From NCBI RefSeq assembly GCF_006345805.1, contig NC_043021.1, forward strand, positions 22,754,001-22,818,000: a DNA stretch of 64,000 bases. Reading direction: 5' to 3'. Under the pieces are notes generated by a model. That model made no database searches, was not told the DNA's origin, and worked only from the letters and a program-made list of their open reading frames with translations. Source of the stretch: Octopus sinensis (taxonomy: Eukaryota). Both the position numbers and the translations under genes were made by a program. Positions 24,601-38,856 of the stretch are shown piece by piece; within the stretch, counting starts at the first letter, position 1; the number at the start of each line of letters is the position of its first letter.

Positions 24601-25805
24601 TTGTACAAACACATATAAGCATAATATCTATACATGATGTACACCATCGAAACACATATACACATACTCTCTCACAAACATTCCAAAGCATTAATTTGTA
24701 GTTACAACCTAGGAACCAAACCTAATGAGTGGATTTTTGAACATCGGTGCTGGTTTCTAAATAAGTGAAGCAAACACAGTATATAAGGACTTTTTAATTG
24801 TAGAATTTTAATATGTTAATAATAAAGGCACGGATATGAAAAATATTTTAAAAAATTAAATAAACTGTGGTAATCGTACTACAAGAATAGAAAGCTATTT
24901 TAAATGCTATTATCAGAATGAAATATCGTATATTGCTTTCACTCTTAACTGAAGAAAAATTGAAAGAATTTAAAATTGTGGAATCTGAAAGTTTTCTTTT
25001 ATACGCTTCTAAGCATAGGAAATATCTTGCATATACTTAGGGCTGTTCAAAGTTAGTGTTTACATTTTAATATAGATTTTTCAATAACCGTAAGTGATTC
25101 ACATGAAAAAGGGTGGAAGATGATGTTAGATGTGAGAGATATTAAAGGGTTTATAGACTATTTGTATCGTAACTATAAAGAAATTTGAAACCGAGTAATA
25201 GTAAATATAGACTGCTATTGTATGAATTTTTAAAGAATGGGAAATATTTAGGTAAACATTAATCAAAAGAAATGTAAATGATATATTATATGGACGTATG
25301 AAATAAAGTTTAAATTTCAGAATCTTGTGGAGATAATGAGAAAAATAAAAATGAAGCAAACTATAAAATGATCTTATCAGAGAAAATGGCGGGGGTCTGA
25401 TATTTCTTGTCAAGTAAACTGAAGTGGTTGCTTATACGAAAATAAACGCGTCATTATATATGAGTAGCTATATTAAAGTTATAAATAATCGACATTAGTT
25501 TAAGATTGGAATTCTATCGGTGTAATTCGAAATTTGACCTCTAAGTATATGAAACTGCGAATGAAAAAAAGTTAAACTGTACATACATGTGTGTATGTAA
25601 TTGTATGTTTGTGTGTGTGTGTTTGTGTATGAATGTTGATGGTCAAGCGATCAGGGTTTCGCATTCACAAACGTAAGAAAGTACTTTCGATTCCAAAAGT
25701 AGTGTCACCGAATGTATTTTTTTAAAGTAAAACACTTCGTATAGTTTTATTCCACACTGATATACACAGACAGATACATGCACACGCACACCCAAAGGTA
25801 TATAT

Positions 25806-25868
<63 letters not shown>

Positions 25869-25998
25869 GCATGAAAACAGTTTGATTCAAATTCCGTGCT
25901 ATTTAAAGTTTCAAACCCTGTGAAGCTAATCGTCAGGCAAGCATTGAATTTGAATCAAACGGTTTGATCCATACTCGTAGCTCACACTATTTTTGTAT

Positions 25999-26041
<43 letters not shown>

Positions 26042-26974
26042 CTCCCTCTCCCTATCACACGTACACACACACATATATAAGCCGGATTGAGCACGTGCAT
26101 GCGTGTTTGCGTTCATATGTTTACATTTTAAGAGCAAAAGTATACTCTGTGTCTTTAGTACCAATTACACAGCACGAAGAGTTTCAAACATTATGTTCGT
26201 GAAGTGAGTGCTGTTATGGACATTGCTTTAGGAGGTGTGACTACGTGTAACAGAAATAATTAGACACAACACTGACGTTGTATTTGCTGCTTATATGTGT
26301 GACTACAACTAAAATAAATCATCGATTTATAATTATAGTAAGTTATACAGAAATAACTACTTGTTTTATTTAAAAGTTTATAATGAAAATAATACAACAA
26401 AGTTATAAAATGTTTATTGAAGTCAGTTCAATCTAAGTACTTCAGTTCTATCAAAAGAAGTACAAGTTATATATGATGAAAGTGAAAGTAGGTGAAAGTT
26501 ATGTATAGCAAATTTACAGGTGTTCCAGTGACACATACGTAATGATTACGTAAGGCAGGGAACAGTTTTACTGCAGACATCACAATGTTTGTTTCCTCGG
26601 GAGAAAAGTTACGTTTAGTGACAGTCAAGAATTTTGCGGAAGAAAGAGCTACAGCGTTTGTAGAAATTGTCTGGTGTCAGTGTAAAGATCTACTACACAT
26701 TGCATTAAACATTCTTACAAACTAATATACCAGTGCCAGTGAATAATATACTAATACACACACACTCTACATATATACATATACGCGCAAAACGCCCCCC
26801 CCCCCGTCCAATGAACGGTGGTGAGTTGTCAAACATTTAAACCAAAGTTTCTCAAAACAACTTGTCCGACTGTCCGATAGGCCTCCCCTTTCAGAAACAC
26901 TGATTTAACCTAAATTTGAGACACTAGCAAAAGATGAAATAAAGATATACTTTTTTCTACTCCAAGAAAAACCA

Positions 26975-27172
26975 TTTTACAAATGCACGTACCCACGGCT
27001 TAATCGATTGCATTCTCACCTGGAATCGATTTTTGTAAGTTTTGCAAGACTTATACACACCCTGATACCGTCGGTATCTACATATCAAATTCGCGTGCAA
27101 TCGGATGGAAGATGCCCGAGATCCTAGAAGACACACACAGAGACAGACAGAACGGATTTTATATAATAGATA
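26975..27172 (+). mobile_element. Possible non-autonomous Helitron/Helentron-type 3' end
   Basis: caaattcgcgtgcaatcggatg...gagatcc...(acag)n...ttttatataatagat resembles HINE/Lep1-type termini; pattern recognition only. Confidence 0.35.
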
Positions 27173-27489
27173 TGCACACGCACACACACACATGTGCACG
27201 GATATTTGTATATATGTATAAATGCATGCACATCTATAATAAGACTTAAAATGAAATCTGCATATAAAGCGTGCCGTGTTGTAATGTTAATATAATCTGT
27301 TACTACATTTTTAAAAAAACAGGCAAACATATTCATTTCATACAATACTTTCCATGACAACAAACTTCATTTCGAATAACATCATATTTTTCTGGTGCCC
27401 TTACATTAATTCCAGTAATATACACACGGTACATATATACATAATTTAATATTTTTCTGCTATGTATAGTAAATGCTATTATATTATAC

Positions 27490-28330
27490 CAGTGGTTCCC
27501 AAAGCCTTTTTAACTCAATGTGTAATTTAAAGCAACTAATATATTTTATCCTATTTTCTCCATAAAATGAATAATATTTAACATGTATAACATAGAAAAG
27601 TTCAAAACTCTAAACATAAAATTACAATTTACATAATATAACATTTCTTTATTTAATAATTGAAGCATATTTCTGGCTTCAAATTTAAAGTTTCAGTTTA
27701 TATATATGCCGTTTTTAAATATGATTTTTATTATTTTCCTAATACACGTAGCTAGGTATGGAGACTTGCAGTTTGAGACCAACAGTCATATCACAATGAA
27801 AAACTATTGAATTATCAATCGCAATTTGTCATTGCAAATTTTACAGTTGTAATCGAAAATGGTATTTTACAGCAATTTTTCATTCAATCTGATTATCAGT
27901 AGTTATTTCCCCTTTAAACCTTTTTATAACATTTTAGTTTTGGAAATCTAGTTTGCATAATTTTTGTTTCAAAGAATTTTAATTCCATGAAATACATAGC
28001 AAACCATATATATATGTTCAAGGTTTCAAAAAAAAAATTATAAAACGCAATATTGTTTAAATCGTTCAATTTTATCTTACACACCCTTCAAATTTACAAG
28101 CATATCCAAATCATTAGTTTTTAATTTGAACTATAACAAGTCAAATATATTACTAATATAGGCAACCCTATGTAAGTTATTAATTGTTTCAGCTTCGAAA
28201 TATTTGACTCTATTTTTCCGTCAATTTCCTTTAGTAGTAATTTATCTCTTTTATATTACTCGACATGCCTAACATTTCTATATATTTTATATAAAAACAA
28301 ACATTACAGATAAGATACTCGTTGTTTCTG
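27490..28330 (-). pseudogene. Highly degenerate hAT (Charlie/Buster-like) transposase remnant with one TIR
   Basis: Minus strand RVAYISNIFDLL...DKIERFKQ resembles hAT 'LAYLxDIF..LN..L...DKI.AF'; cagtggttcccaaa, a hAT-type TIR, at 27490. Confidence 0.4.
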
Positions 28331-28771
28331 TGATAAATTCGCTTAATCTTGAGTCAGCATTCTGTATTTCGTCATTATATACAAAGGTCTTTAAATTTCA
28401 AAACAGTACTTCAAATATAATATCCAATATTTCATTCGTATATGTTTTCTCTAGCAGTTGCCATAGTATTCTACTTAAATGCTCTCTACATACTGGAATG
28501 ATTCGCCGTCTCTGCATATTCTTCCTATTTGCAAAGTGATATAGTTTTTATTTGTGTATATTGTGTACATACATTTATCAAAGTGCCGAATTAATGATAT
28601 TTCTTGCATTGTTAATGTTGCAATTATACAAAGTAAATATGATTTTAAAATTTCTTTCGTTTAGTCTTATCTGTTTTGCGTCGTGCGATGTATACTTCAT
28701 ATACTTACAAATATACATGCATGCACAGATGTTAATATAGACACGCACACATATATACATGCGTACATATA

Positions 28772-29103
28772 TACATTATTTACATTATTTACATTAGACA
28801 GATATTTGTCCTCATCTTGTTTGTTGTTAACTCAAAGTTTCGCTGATATTCCCTCCAGCCTTCATTTTGAGGAAATTTCGAACCCAGATTCGGAATTTCC
28901 CCATGACACCTTATAAAGGCTGGAGGGTATATCATTCGAAACAGGTTCGAAATTTTCTCGAAACACATGATGAAAGCTGGAGGGTACATCAGCCGAAACG
29001 TTGTGTTAACAACAACCAAGATGAGGACAAATATCCATCAAATGTAACTAATGTAAATAATGTAAATAAAGTACATAATTCATCATCTCTTAAATATAGA
29101 ACT
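28772..29103. mobile_element. Head-to-head fold-back repeat with three hammerhead-like motifs (Penelope pseudo-LTR-like)
   Basis: 28772-28866 is the reverse complement of about 28968-29070 (gatatttgtcctcatcttg..gttgttaac / gttaacaac..caagatgaggacaaatatc); two direct copies of the core at 28906-28942 and 28962-29007. Confidence 0.8.
28962..29007 (+). ncRNA. Minimal type-I hammerhead ribozyme motif (C3A mutant copy)
   Basis: AACAC-ATGATGA-A-AGCTG-gagggtacat-CAGCC-GAAACGT-T-GTGTT: perfect 5-bp stem I, stem II hairpin, palindromic ACGU stem III of the dimer type. Confidence 0.65.
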
Positions 29104-29109
29104 GTATTA

Positions 29110-29195
29110 TACATACATACATACATGCATACATACATACATACATACATACATACATACATACATACATACATACATACATACATACATACATA
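29110..29195. repeat. (ACAT)n microsatellite
   Basis: Direct inspection. Confidence 0.95.
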
Positions 29196-29647
29196 ACATA
29201 CATACGTTCATGCATGCATGCATGAATATCTCGATTTGAATATATTGGCGGATGTAAAAATACATTTAGCAGAACAGATCTTTCTGTATCCCGAGTAATA
29301 TTCTATGACAAAAGGTAAAGTAAAGTTCCTTCCCGTAATTTCTCGATCTTTCTCATTAAAAAACAACTCTGCATTCCGAGCCCGAAATGTAGTGCAATGG
29401 CACTCTACATGCTGTATAAGCTTGTCTGGCAACTGCCCTGTCTTGAAGGTCGAAATTATTGAATGTCTTATTTATAACTTATGTATACCAAATGATATAT
29501 GCGTACGTACGTGTGTGTGTGTCTATATATATAAGTAAATATAAATCTGTGCGTGTCTGTATGTGTGTGTGTGTGGTGTCTCTTTTAGCACCTTATTATT
29601 TAACACAACTCACCAGTAAATAACCTTGGAAACCAAATCCAACAAGG

Positions 29648-29740
<93 letters not shown>

Positions 29741-30334
29741 AAATATAGATGTACAAGCATAGTAGACAGATAGTTACATAGTTAGATAGTCAGATAGATA
29801 GATAGATAGTATAGATAGATAATAGATAGATAATAGATAGATAGATAGATAGATAGAAATCTCGGTCATAAATATTCGTAATGACTCAATCGATAGATAG
29901 AGAGCGAAAGACAAATTGAACAGTTCTCTCTGCGTGACAGAAGGTTTTCTTCGTAATTGAAACGAAAATGTTTGCCAGAGATACAAAATCGGATTATGCA
30001 GAGTTGAATAGCAACGAAACAATTGCTGATAACAGCCTGGTAAGGCTCCCTAATCAAATAAGTTGCCAACATGTAGCATTCATCGTAATAAAAGAAAAGA
30101 CGTACGGATTGGAAAGTACATGCCATGTATTTTTGTTCTTTCTAGTTTGTTTTTTTTAATAGTTATTTTTTTTCTTCTAAGTTGTTTCATGGGATTTTTT
30201 TTAGTGGATTCTTTTAGAGAGGAATATGTGTGTATGTGTGTGTGTGTGAGAGGGGGTTATAGACGAATTTGACATCCCAATAAGTATATTGTCGGAATGG
30301 GAATATAAAATCTCTGTTAACACTGAAATACTAC

Positions 30335-31530
30335 TGTGATGGATGTTGGCTGTGATGATGGTGATGGTGATGGTGGTGTTGCTGTTGTAGGTGGTGGTCG
30401 TGGCGGTGGTTTCAATGGTGGTGATGATAAGGATGTGATTATTATTATTATGATGATGATTATGTTGACGATAATGATGGTGATCCTGCTGATAATGATC
30501 ATGATTGAGGTTCTGATTGTTATACAGCTCGCGCTACTGCTGCGGCTGCTGCTGCTGCTGCTCGTATAGGTTATGGTGGGGAAGTTAGAGACAGCGAAAT
30601 TGCTGGTGGAGATGGTGGCATCGTAAGGATTTTGCTGGTGTAGGTGATACTAGAGCAAGTGTTGATGATATTGATGGTGGATGCGGTGAGGATGGTGCTG
30701 GTGATATTGACAATGATGGAGAAATTGCTGAAGAATGTGATGATGTTTGAGACAATGCGATCGGTGATTGTGATGATGATAAGAAAGGCTGTGGTGGTCG
30801 TGAGAGCGATGGTGATGGAGAAGATGGTCTTATTGGAGGAGATGGTGGTGCAGAGTATTTCGATGATATCGGTGGTGGAGTTGCAGATGATAGCGGAGTT
30901 GCTGCTGCTGCAACTATGGTGATCACGACGATGATGGCGCTTATGATAATGATTGCGATGCTGGCAGCTGATGAATGTGATGATGATGGCGATGATCATG
31001 ATGATGATGGTGATGATGATGATGATGATGATGATGATGACGATGATGGTGATGACGACGATGTCGATGATGAAGTTGATGTTGGTAGTGATGGTGGTGA
31101 TGATGATGGTGATGATGATAATGACGATGATGGTGGTGGTGGTGGTGGTGATGATGAAGACGATGATGATGATGATGGAGAAGTTGTTGTTGTTGTTGGT
31201 GTTGGTGTTGGTGGTCGTAGTGATGATGAAGATGATGGGGATGATGGAGTCGGTGGTAGTCGTGGTGACGATGATGATGATAAAGACGACAACGATGACG
31301 GTTGTAGTCGTAGTAGTGATGAGGAGAAGGAAGAAGACGTAGTCTAAAGAAGTGAAATAGGAGGCAGGGAGAAGGAAAACACCACAGCCGTAAATTTGAA
31401 AGAGGAATAAGAGATGAACGGTCATGAATGAGAGGCTATCATGATGATGATAATTATGAAGATGATGATGATGATGACGATGGTAATGGTGATTGCCATG
31501 ATGATGATGATGACGACGACGATGTTAGTA
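30335..31530. repeat. Triplet-periodic GAT/GGT/GCT low-complexity block
   Basis: About 1.2 kb; the Asp/Gly frame is interrupted by stops and frameshifts; overlapping low-complexity ORFs on both strands. Confidence 0.85.
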
Positions 31531-31714
31531 ATATTTGTGTTTCTGTTGACTGGACATTAGCAAAGTGAAGCGACTTTCACATCATGTGTCTGTGTGTTAA
31601 GTGAGATGAGACAAGTCAGAAGGAAATGAGATGACATGAAGAGAGGACAGGGAAACAACGATTCCAAATAGAAAATGATATTAAGGTAGCTGCTGGCGAG
31701 ATTTTATCGAATTG

Positions 31715-31722
31715 ATATGTGT

Positions 31723-31766
<44 letters not shown>

Positions 31767-31801
31767 GTATGATATATATATATGTATTAATAATATGATA
31801 T

Positions 31802-31838
<37 letters not shown>

Positions 31839-31891
31839 GTTATATATATATAAACATATACATGCATATATATATATACATATATACACGC

Positions 31892-31945
<54 letters not shown>

Positions 31946-32023
31946 CACATATACATGCATATATATATATGTGTATATATATGTGTACATGTATATATAT
32001 ATATATATACATATATACAGATA

Positions 32024-32067
<44 letters not shown>

Positions 32068-32232
32068 ATACATATATAAATATAGGGAGATAGTGTGTGT
32101 GAGAGAGAAAGAGAAAGTGAGAGAGAGTTACATAAACATGTACGCCCCTCTTTGTATATGTCTATATATAAGGTTTATATATATGTGTGATATATGTATA
32201 TGTATATATCTATATATATATATATATATATG

Positions 32233-32263
<31 letters not shown>

Positions 32264-32297
32264 AAAAGAAATATATATATATACATATATAATATAG

Positions 32298-32335
<38 letters not shown>

Positions 32336-32375
32336 TATATATGTATATATTGCATTTGTATGTACATATATACAG
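31715..32375. repeat. Long (TA)n-rich microsatellite complex
   Basis: Direct inspection. Confidence 0.95.
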
Positions 32376-32404
32376 TGCTTCGCGGCCCTTGTGAAGCCGG
32401 AGGC

Positions 32405-32545
32405 ATATTCCCTCCATATCTCAGTTTGCATTGTACTGCTCCAAAACATCGCTTTATAGTCACACGTGTTATACTTATTACTTGTTCGAAATACTGTTTT
32501 TCTTGTTGCACGGCTTCTTGTAAAATTCCATATATTCTAAATTCA
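32405..32545 (-). pseudogene. Possible PIF/Harbinger transposase C-terminal fragment
   Basis: [30 protein letters not shown] resembles the Harbinger/HARBI1 motif 'YN..hS.tR..IER.FG.LK.R'. Confidence 0.4.
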
Positions 32546-32654
32546 TTACACATCAGCGAACAAATTCGACCGTGCACAGATACATTCACATACCATAAAT
32601 GTTGCACATCACTAAAGCAACATGTGTGTGTGGGGGGCGGTTGCGAGTTAATGC

Positions 32655-32761
32655 ATATAAATATATATATATGTATATATATATATATAGATATATATAT
32701 ATATATATATATATGCGTGTATAAGTGGATGGATGTGGGCTATATATATATATATATGTGT

Positions 32762-32804
<43 letters not shown>

Positions 32805-32982
32805 GTAGATATATATATATATATATATATGTACATATATGTATATACATAAAGATGTACATTTATATATTCATATATATATACGCACATTCTTATATAA
32901 GCTTGTTTCATAAGCATATATATATATATGTACACATTTGATATGCACACATAAATATATACATACATATATATATATATTA

Positions 32983-33042
<60 letters not shown>

Positions 33043-33260
33043 ATATAGATAGATAGATAGATAGATAGATAGATGATATACATAAATATATATACACATA
33101 CTGTATATGTATATATAATATATATATATAAATATATATATATAAATCAGGGAGAGAGAGACATACACACACATTTATGCATTTATATACATACATATCT
33201 TGTATATGAATTTAAGTGTGTGTGTGTGTGTATGTGTATGTGTGTGTGTGTTTATGCATA
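32655..33260. repeat. (TA)n/(ATAG)n/(TG)n microsatellite complex
   Basis: Direct inspection. Confidence 0.95.
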
Positions 33261-33933
33261 TAGAAAGTGAAAAAAGTGAGTGAGGGATAGAGAGAGTGAA
33301 CGAGACAGAAGTAGTGAAGCACGATTACACACACATACACACCTGGTCACATGAGTGGAACACCTGCAAAATTCAAATTTTTGAAACGGAAAAAAAAAAT
33401 TTAATCTGTTCATATTCCTGGAAATGAAATCAATTATTGTATTCAGATATTTAAACAGTTATAGACTTTATGTTTATTCATAACTAGTTACTATATAATT
33501 TTTTTCTTATTCAACGCTTCCAGCTTTATCATCTTATAATTTTCTCAACCTTTTCTTCATATTGTCAACAACCTATTTTTCTATAACGTTCGTTCTATGT
33601 TTTTCACGTTTCACATATTACTGCTAAAGAATTTATTTTATTTCTTATTCTCTTTTTCCTTCGTGATTTAAGTTTACACTTAATCATCTAACATTTTAAG
33701 CGGAATTATTTTTTTGTGAACGATGTCTGAATTTTAAAAAATAAATCAAGTAGTCTAACATTTATGAATAACTGGACAGAATATAGAAGAGAATTACATT
33801 ATTTCTGTTTATATATATATACACACACACACACCACCGCACACACCCACACAACCACACACACACATATATCTATATATAATATATAATAATATATATC
33901 AAATATACATATATATATATATGTATATATATA

Positions 33934-33964
<31 letters not shown>

Positions 33965-33998
33965 ATATAGAAATATACATATATATATATATATATAG

Positions 33999-34045
<47 letters not shown>

Positions 34046-34344
34046 ACCTACATTATATATATATATATTATATATATATATATATTTCTTTACTAATCAC
34101 AAGGGGCTAAACGCAGAGTGTGTGACAAGTGTGTGCAAGCCAGCGAGACATTGCTCGCCTACGCAGATGCAGAAATACCAATGTGTCTCTCAAGCTGTCA
34201 CTTCTGTGATTATACCAATTCAGCTAGCTATTACGTATATTATGTTTTTAGCACAATACTTTTGAAAGAAATAATTTTTGCCGGATAAAACAACCGCAGT
34301 TTGTGGCGTTTAAACGGCAATAGTTCGTAATATTGTAATTTGCG

Positions 34345-34620
34345 TGTTTCATTCGTTAGTCAACGGCCATACAGGGGCACCAGCTTGAGCAAATATTTAG
34401 TCGTATATATCGAGCCCTTTCTTTATTTTTTAAAACCCGGTACGTATTCTATCGATATCCTTTGGCGAACCGCAAATTACGAGCCGGAGACGCAGCAGTG
34501 CCTGTTGTCAAGCGGTGGAGTGAGTATGAAACAAACACCAATATACACACACACATACACAGACATACACACACACATACACACACATATACACACATTC
34601 TGTGTACGTATACACATAAT
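34345..34620 (-). mobile_element. SINE family C 3' half
   Basis: cggccatacaggggcaccagc...gtacgtattctatcgatatcctttggcgaaccgc...ttgtcaagcgg is the reverse complement of the family C tail, followed by (CA)n. Confidence 0.7.
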
Positions 34621-36139
34621 GTTCCGTAATTTAGGTCGAATTCTTTCCTGCACATATTTACATCTACAAAATATTGGAGAAACTTTTACACCGAGGCTAA
34701 TTTTGAGGACGGAGATACCAAGTAAGATGCAGCAGGAATTGGAAATATAGATCGATTGAATGTTGTTTACATGTTTACAGTAGAAACGCTGTGGCTTGTT
34801 ATGCAAGGAAATAAGCCATATACATATATACATATAAATATGTGTATGCATGCGTGTGTATACTGGCATATTTGGAACTATATAAACATGTACATATATA
34901 TAATATATATAATATATTATATATACATATGTATAATATATATATATATGTATATATATATACATATATATGTGTATATATATCGATGTGCGTATATATA
35001 TATATAAATGTATGTATATGTCTGTGTGTATGTATACATTTATAATTAATCAAGGATAATATATAGCTATATAAATATATCTGTGTGTGTGTGTGTATAG
35101 ATATGTGAGTAAATGCACACATACAGATACACACGCACACGCGAAACATATATACGTATACATTGTCAGATAGTAATAATTGGTATGGTCAATCTCCGTA
35201 GCATATTAATATATATACTAAGACAACAGAGAAGGGCAGAACTAAATGCAAACATATATGTTTCCTGTCGTCTATTATCATCAAACAATAAAATTATAAA
35301 CACAATGTGTTAATATACGAGATTAGTTGCTTTGTCATATGATTCTAATGTTTCGCATTATTAATTTCGTCTTTAAAGACAAAATCAACGTCTAATGTTT
35401 ACTTATGCGCTTAGATATTGAAATACTAAAGAGTTTCCAATCTTTAAATATGAAGTTAATAATCCGGAAAATATAATACTACAAAAGTAGAGATCTAACA
35501 GAACGCTTTGATATACGTGAATTTTGAGAAAATATTAGTATCTTTTAAATGTGTATATCGCTGTGAAAGTTGCAAATTCCCGTGGTAGGTCTACATTTCA
35601 ATGACCCTGGAATTACCCGTAAATGTGTTAAATATGAAAACCGTGGTATTCGCTAGAATGTCATCGGACATCGATTGAAGTTATTGGGTCTCAACAAAGT
35701 TAAATAGTATATATAGGAGTGAAGGAGTATGCCGTTACGTTGAGAAAACTATGAAGAGAAGAATGTTCCAAAATCTTGAATGTTTTAAACCTTTAGTCAA
35801 AGCATAGCTTGACACGATTTTCAAGGGGAATCATTAACGTGCAAAATATTGGTTCATAATGTCATATTACAACAGAAGATACATTTTCACTGTAACTTGA
35901 CTTGTGAACATAGCAGAAACGCAGTAGTTGGGCATTTGATTTCTTAAATGCTCAACTATGTCATGTAGATAGAATCCTGCCCTGTTATCGAATTCATAGG
36001 ATACATTCTATAGGATCTTTTGAAATACTTCCAAGGGAATACTTCCAAGGAAAATAAGCGTATATTTATTGAACCCCTATAAGTAATCTTAAATTTTGGA
36101 GTACACAAATAAATGTGATCTTACATGTGGAAAAAATGA

Positions 36140-36300
36140 TAAAGATCCCCTTCGTTCATGAATGACGGTGTGATTGCACAAGTCCTGGTGAGGTTGTTTT
36201 TTGGAAGACCAGCAAATACCCATGCACACGTACTTTCTTTTACTGATGACGGTATGACTTGAAGTATGAACGTAAAGAACTTGATCAAATGCCGAGAAGT
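36140..36300 (-). mobile_element. SINE family D 3' part, degenerate
   Basis: Minus strand gctggtcttccaaaaaacaacctcaccaggacttgtgc matches 56783-56822. Confidence 0.65.
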
Positions 36301-36364
36301 ATTTTTGCCAAACTCTAACGCTTCCAGATTTCTTTCTCTGAACTGTCATAATTTGGTTACCAGC

Positions 36365-36650
36365 ACATGGTCGGATACGACCACGAGTTTTGCCATTGAT
36401 ATGATAAACAGAACGTCACTCAAGAAATTGACGTAGAAGTGGCTGAGTACTTCACAGTTACGCATACCCTTAACGTAATCTTAGCGAGATTTAATGTGAC
36501 ACAGAATGTGAAAAGCTTAGCCCTTGGAATTGCAGGTACAACTCATTTTCGCCACCTTAATGGACCGGATCAGCATGAAATAAATCGCCTTGCTCAAAGA
36601 GCACAAGGTATCACTGAAAATGGAACTCACGACCTTACACTGTGATCTGA
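36365..36650 (-). mobile_element. SINE family A, old copy
   Basis: Minus strand tgtacctgcaattccaaggg...gattacgttaagggtatgcg...gtactcagccactt matches the family A body. Confidence 0.75.
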
Positions 36651-37189
36651 ATACACATACCGTTAAGCCACGAACCGTAACAATAATTTAACATCGAGCT
36701 AACAGATTAACAATTTTGAGTGGGGATGGGTAATCGATTTTAAAGACAACATTGCCTGAATGGTAATTTATTTTAGCAACCCTTGAAGGTAGAAAGAAAA
36801 CATCGAATTTGGCGTGATTCATTATTAGAACCTAATTAGCCGGAAGGAATACCACAAGGTAGATTTAATGATTACGCCATTTTGCCGTCTTTCCATCACA
36901 AATAATAATAACGCCGCATACTAATTACCGATTTATTTCCTTTTAAAAGCAGGGCCCTTCATTTTGCGACATACATTCGAAGTTAACGTTTTTCTTTTTA
37001 ATTATTTTAATTATTCGGCTGCTGTCACGCTGCAGGGATGCCTCGAATGGTTTCTTCAAAGAAACTCACTAGCGTACTTATTTCTATTAATAAGCCTGTC
37101 ATTTACTCTATTTGTTTTCGATTTTTTCCGAACTGTTTAGGTTACGGAGATGTAAACAAACCAACAATGATGTCAATCAGTGATGGAGG

Positions 37190-37213
37190 ACACACACACA
37201 CATACATATGTGC

Positions 37214-37276
<63 letters not shown>

Positions 37277-37392
37277 CAGACAGACAGACAGACAGAGATA
37301 CATAAACAAATGAATAGATAGATAGATTGATCGATAGATAGATTGATAGATAGATAGACAGATAGATAGATAGATAGACAGAGAGACGGATG

Positions 37393-37463
<71 letters not shown>

Positions 37464-37576
37464 GGATGGATCGATGGATGGATCGATCGATCGATAGATA
37501 GATAGATAGATAGATGGATGGATGGATAGATAGACAGATGGATGGATGGATAGATAGACAGATGGATGGATCGATC

Positions 37577-37614
<38 letters not shown>

Positions 37615-37632
37615 AAGATAGATGGATGGATA
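37190..37632. repeat. Compound microsatellite (TA)(AG)(ACAG)(ATAG)(ATGG)
   Basis: Direct inspection; source of the 'IYLS' ORFs. Confidence 0.95.
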
Positions 37633-38480
37633 CACAATCCTACCACTATATTTCTGTTACCTCCTTTAATAACATTTATTTCTCTGCCCTCCCTAAAACA
37701 TTGCTATTTATGAAAGCTTCGATATAGCACGCTTTTTCGAGTTGTCAAAATATTGTTTAATTTTTCGTGATATTGCATTGACGAGCCGCTGTCTAATAAC
37801 GTATTCATTTTCTGTTTTTTTTCTCTTTATATTCCACGGTATTCAGAAACATATTAAAACAAATGTACCTGAGGCAGGTATTATCTCGTTTATTAAAATG
37901 TAGAAACACGCACGCGTACACTAACACGTACATTCATATTTATTCTATATTAATTATATAAATATATATATATTAATACATTAAGTAACAAATGCAGTCG
38001 ATGAACGCGTATGTTTGACTGTTCTGACAGTGCGTGAGTGCGTGCCAGTATGCAAAATAGAGAAATGAGGCTAATACGTCAATTTTCGTTACTATAATTT
38101 TTTTCATATGATTACCTCTAAGCATTTTTACGCAGCTCAACACTTAACGAGACGTAGATGAATGTTTTAGATACATTCTGGAACAAGAAATTCTGCTCTC
38201 AAATCTCTGAAGTTCTTTCCCATATTTTTAAAGTTTCTTACATTTAATTTCGTAGCAAATTTCAAAATTGTTGTTGACAGAGCAAATTTCTCAGATTTTC
38301 ACAAACACCCCATCTTTAGGGTCTGTAACACCCCATCTCTAGGCCTTTCTGAATAATACTTGTCACATTAGATTATGATCCGGTCTAATATTAGGCAAGA
38401 AACACAACGTATTGATATTCTTTCCATATTAATGCTAAGCCTATTTCTGTCTATTGGTGTAACTACGAATATGAGTATAA

Positions 38481-38536
<56 letters not shown>

Positions 38537-38810
38537 TGATGATCTGTAGCTAAATTCTGTTTTTAAATGACTTGTTTCGAGACTTGCATTCGGTATGACA
38601 TGTTTATTTGGGTAGTTTTGACTTTAAGAGTCCCTCGTAGCGTGCGGCATTTATGTGTAATAATGCCCTCTATATAATATAAATAAATATATTCAAGTGA
38701 AAAAATTTACAGATTTTTTCTCTTATGAGGTTTTTCACGCTAACTACTTGATAATTTCTTATGACGATTTTATCCTATTTTTAAATTATATACATAATAT
38801 GTGTATATAT

Positions 38811-38856
<46 letters not shown>

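Noticed and set aside
25895-25945. Minus strand CTGACGA...GAAAC
   Set aside because: The intervening sequence cannot form stem II and stem I does not pair.
35924-35959. 14-bp stem, 8-nt loop hairpin
   Set aside because: No pairing beyond the stem; within expectation for AT-rich DNA of this length.
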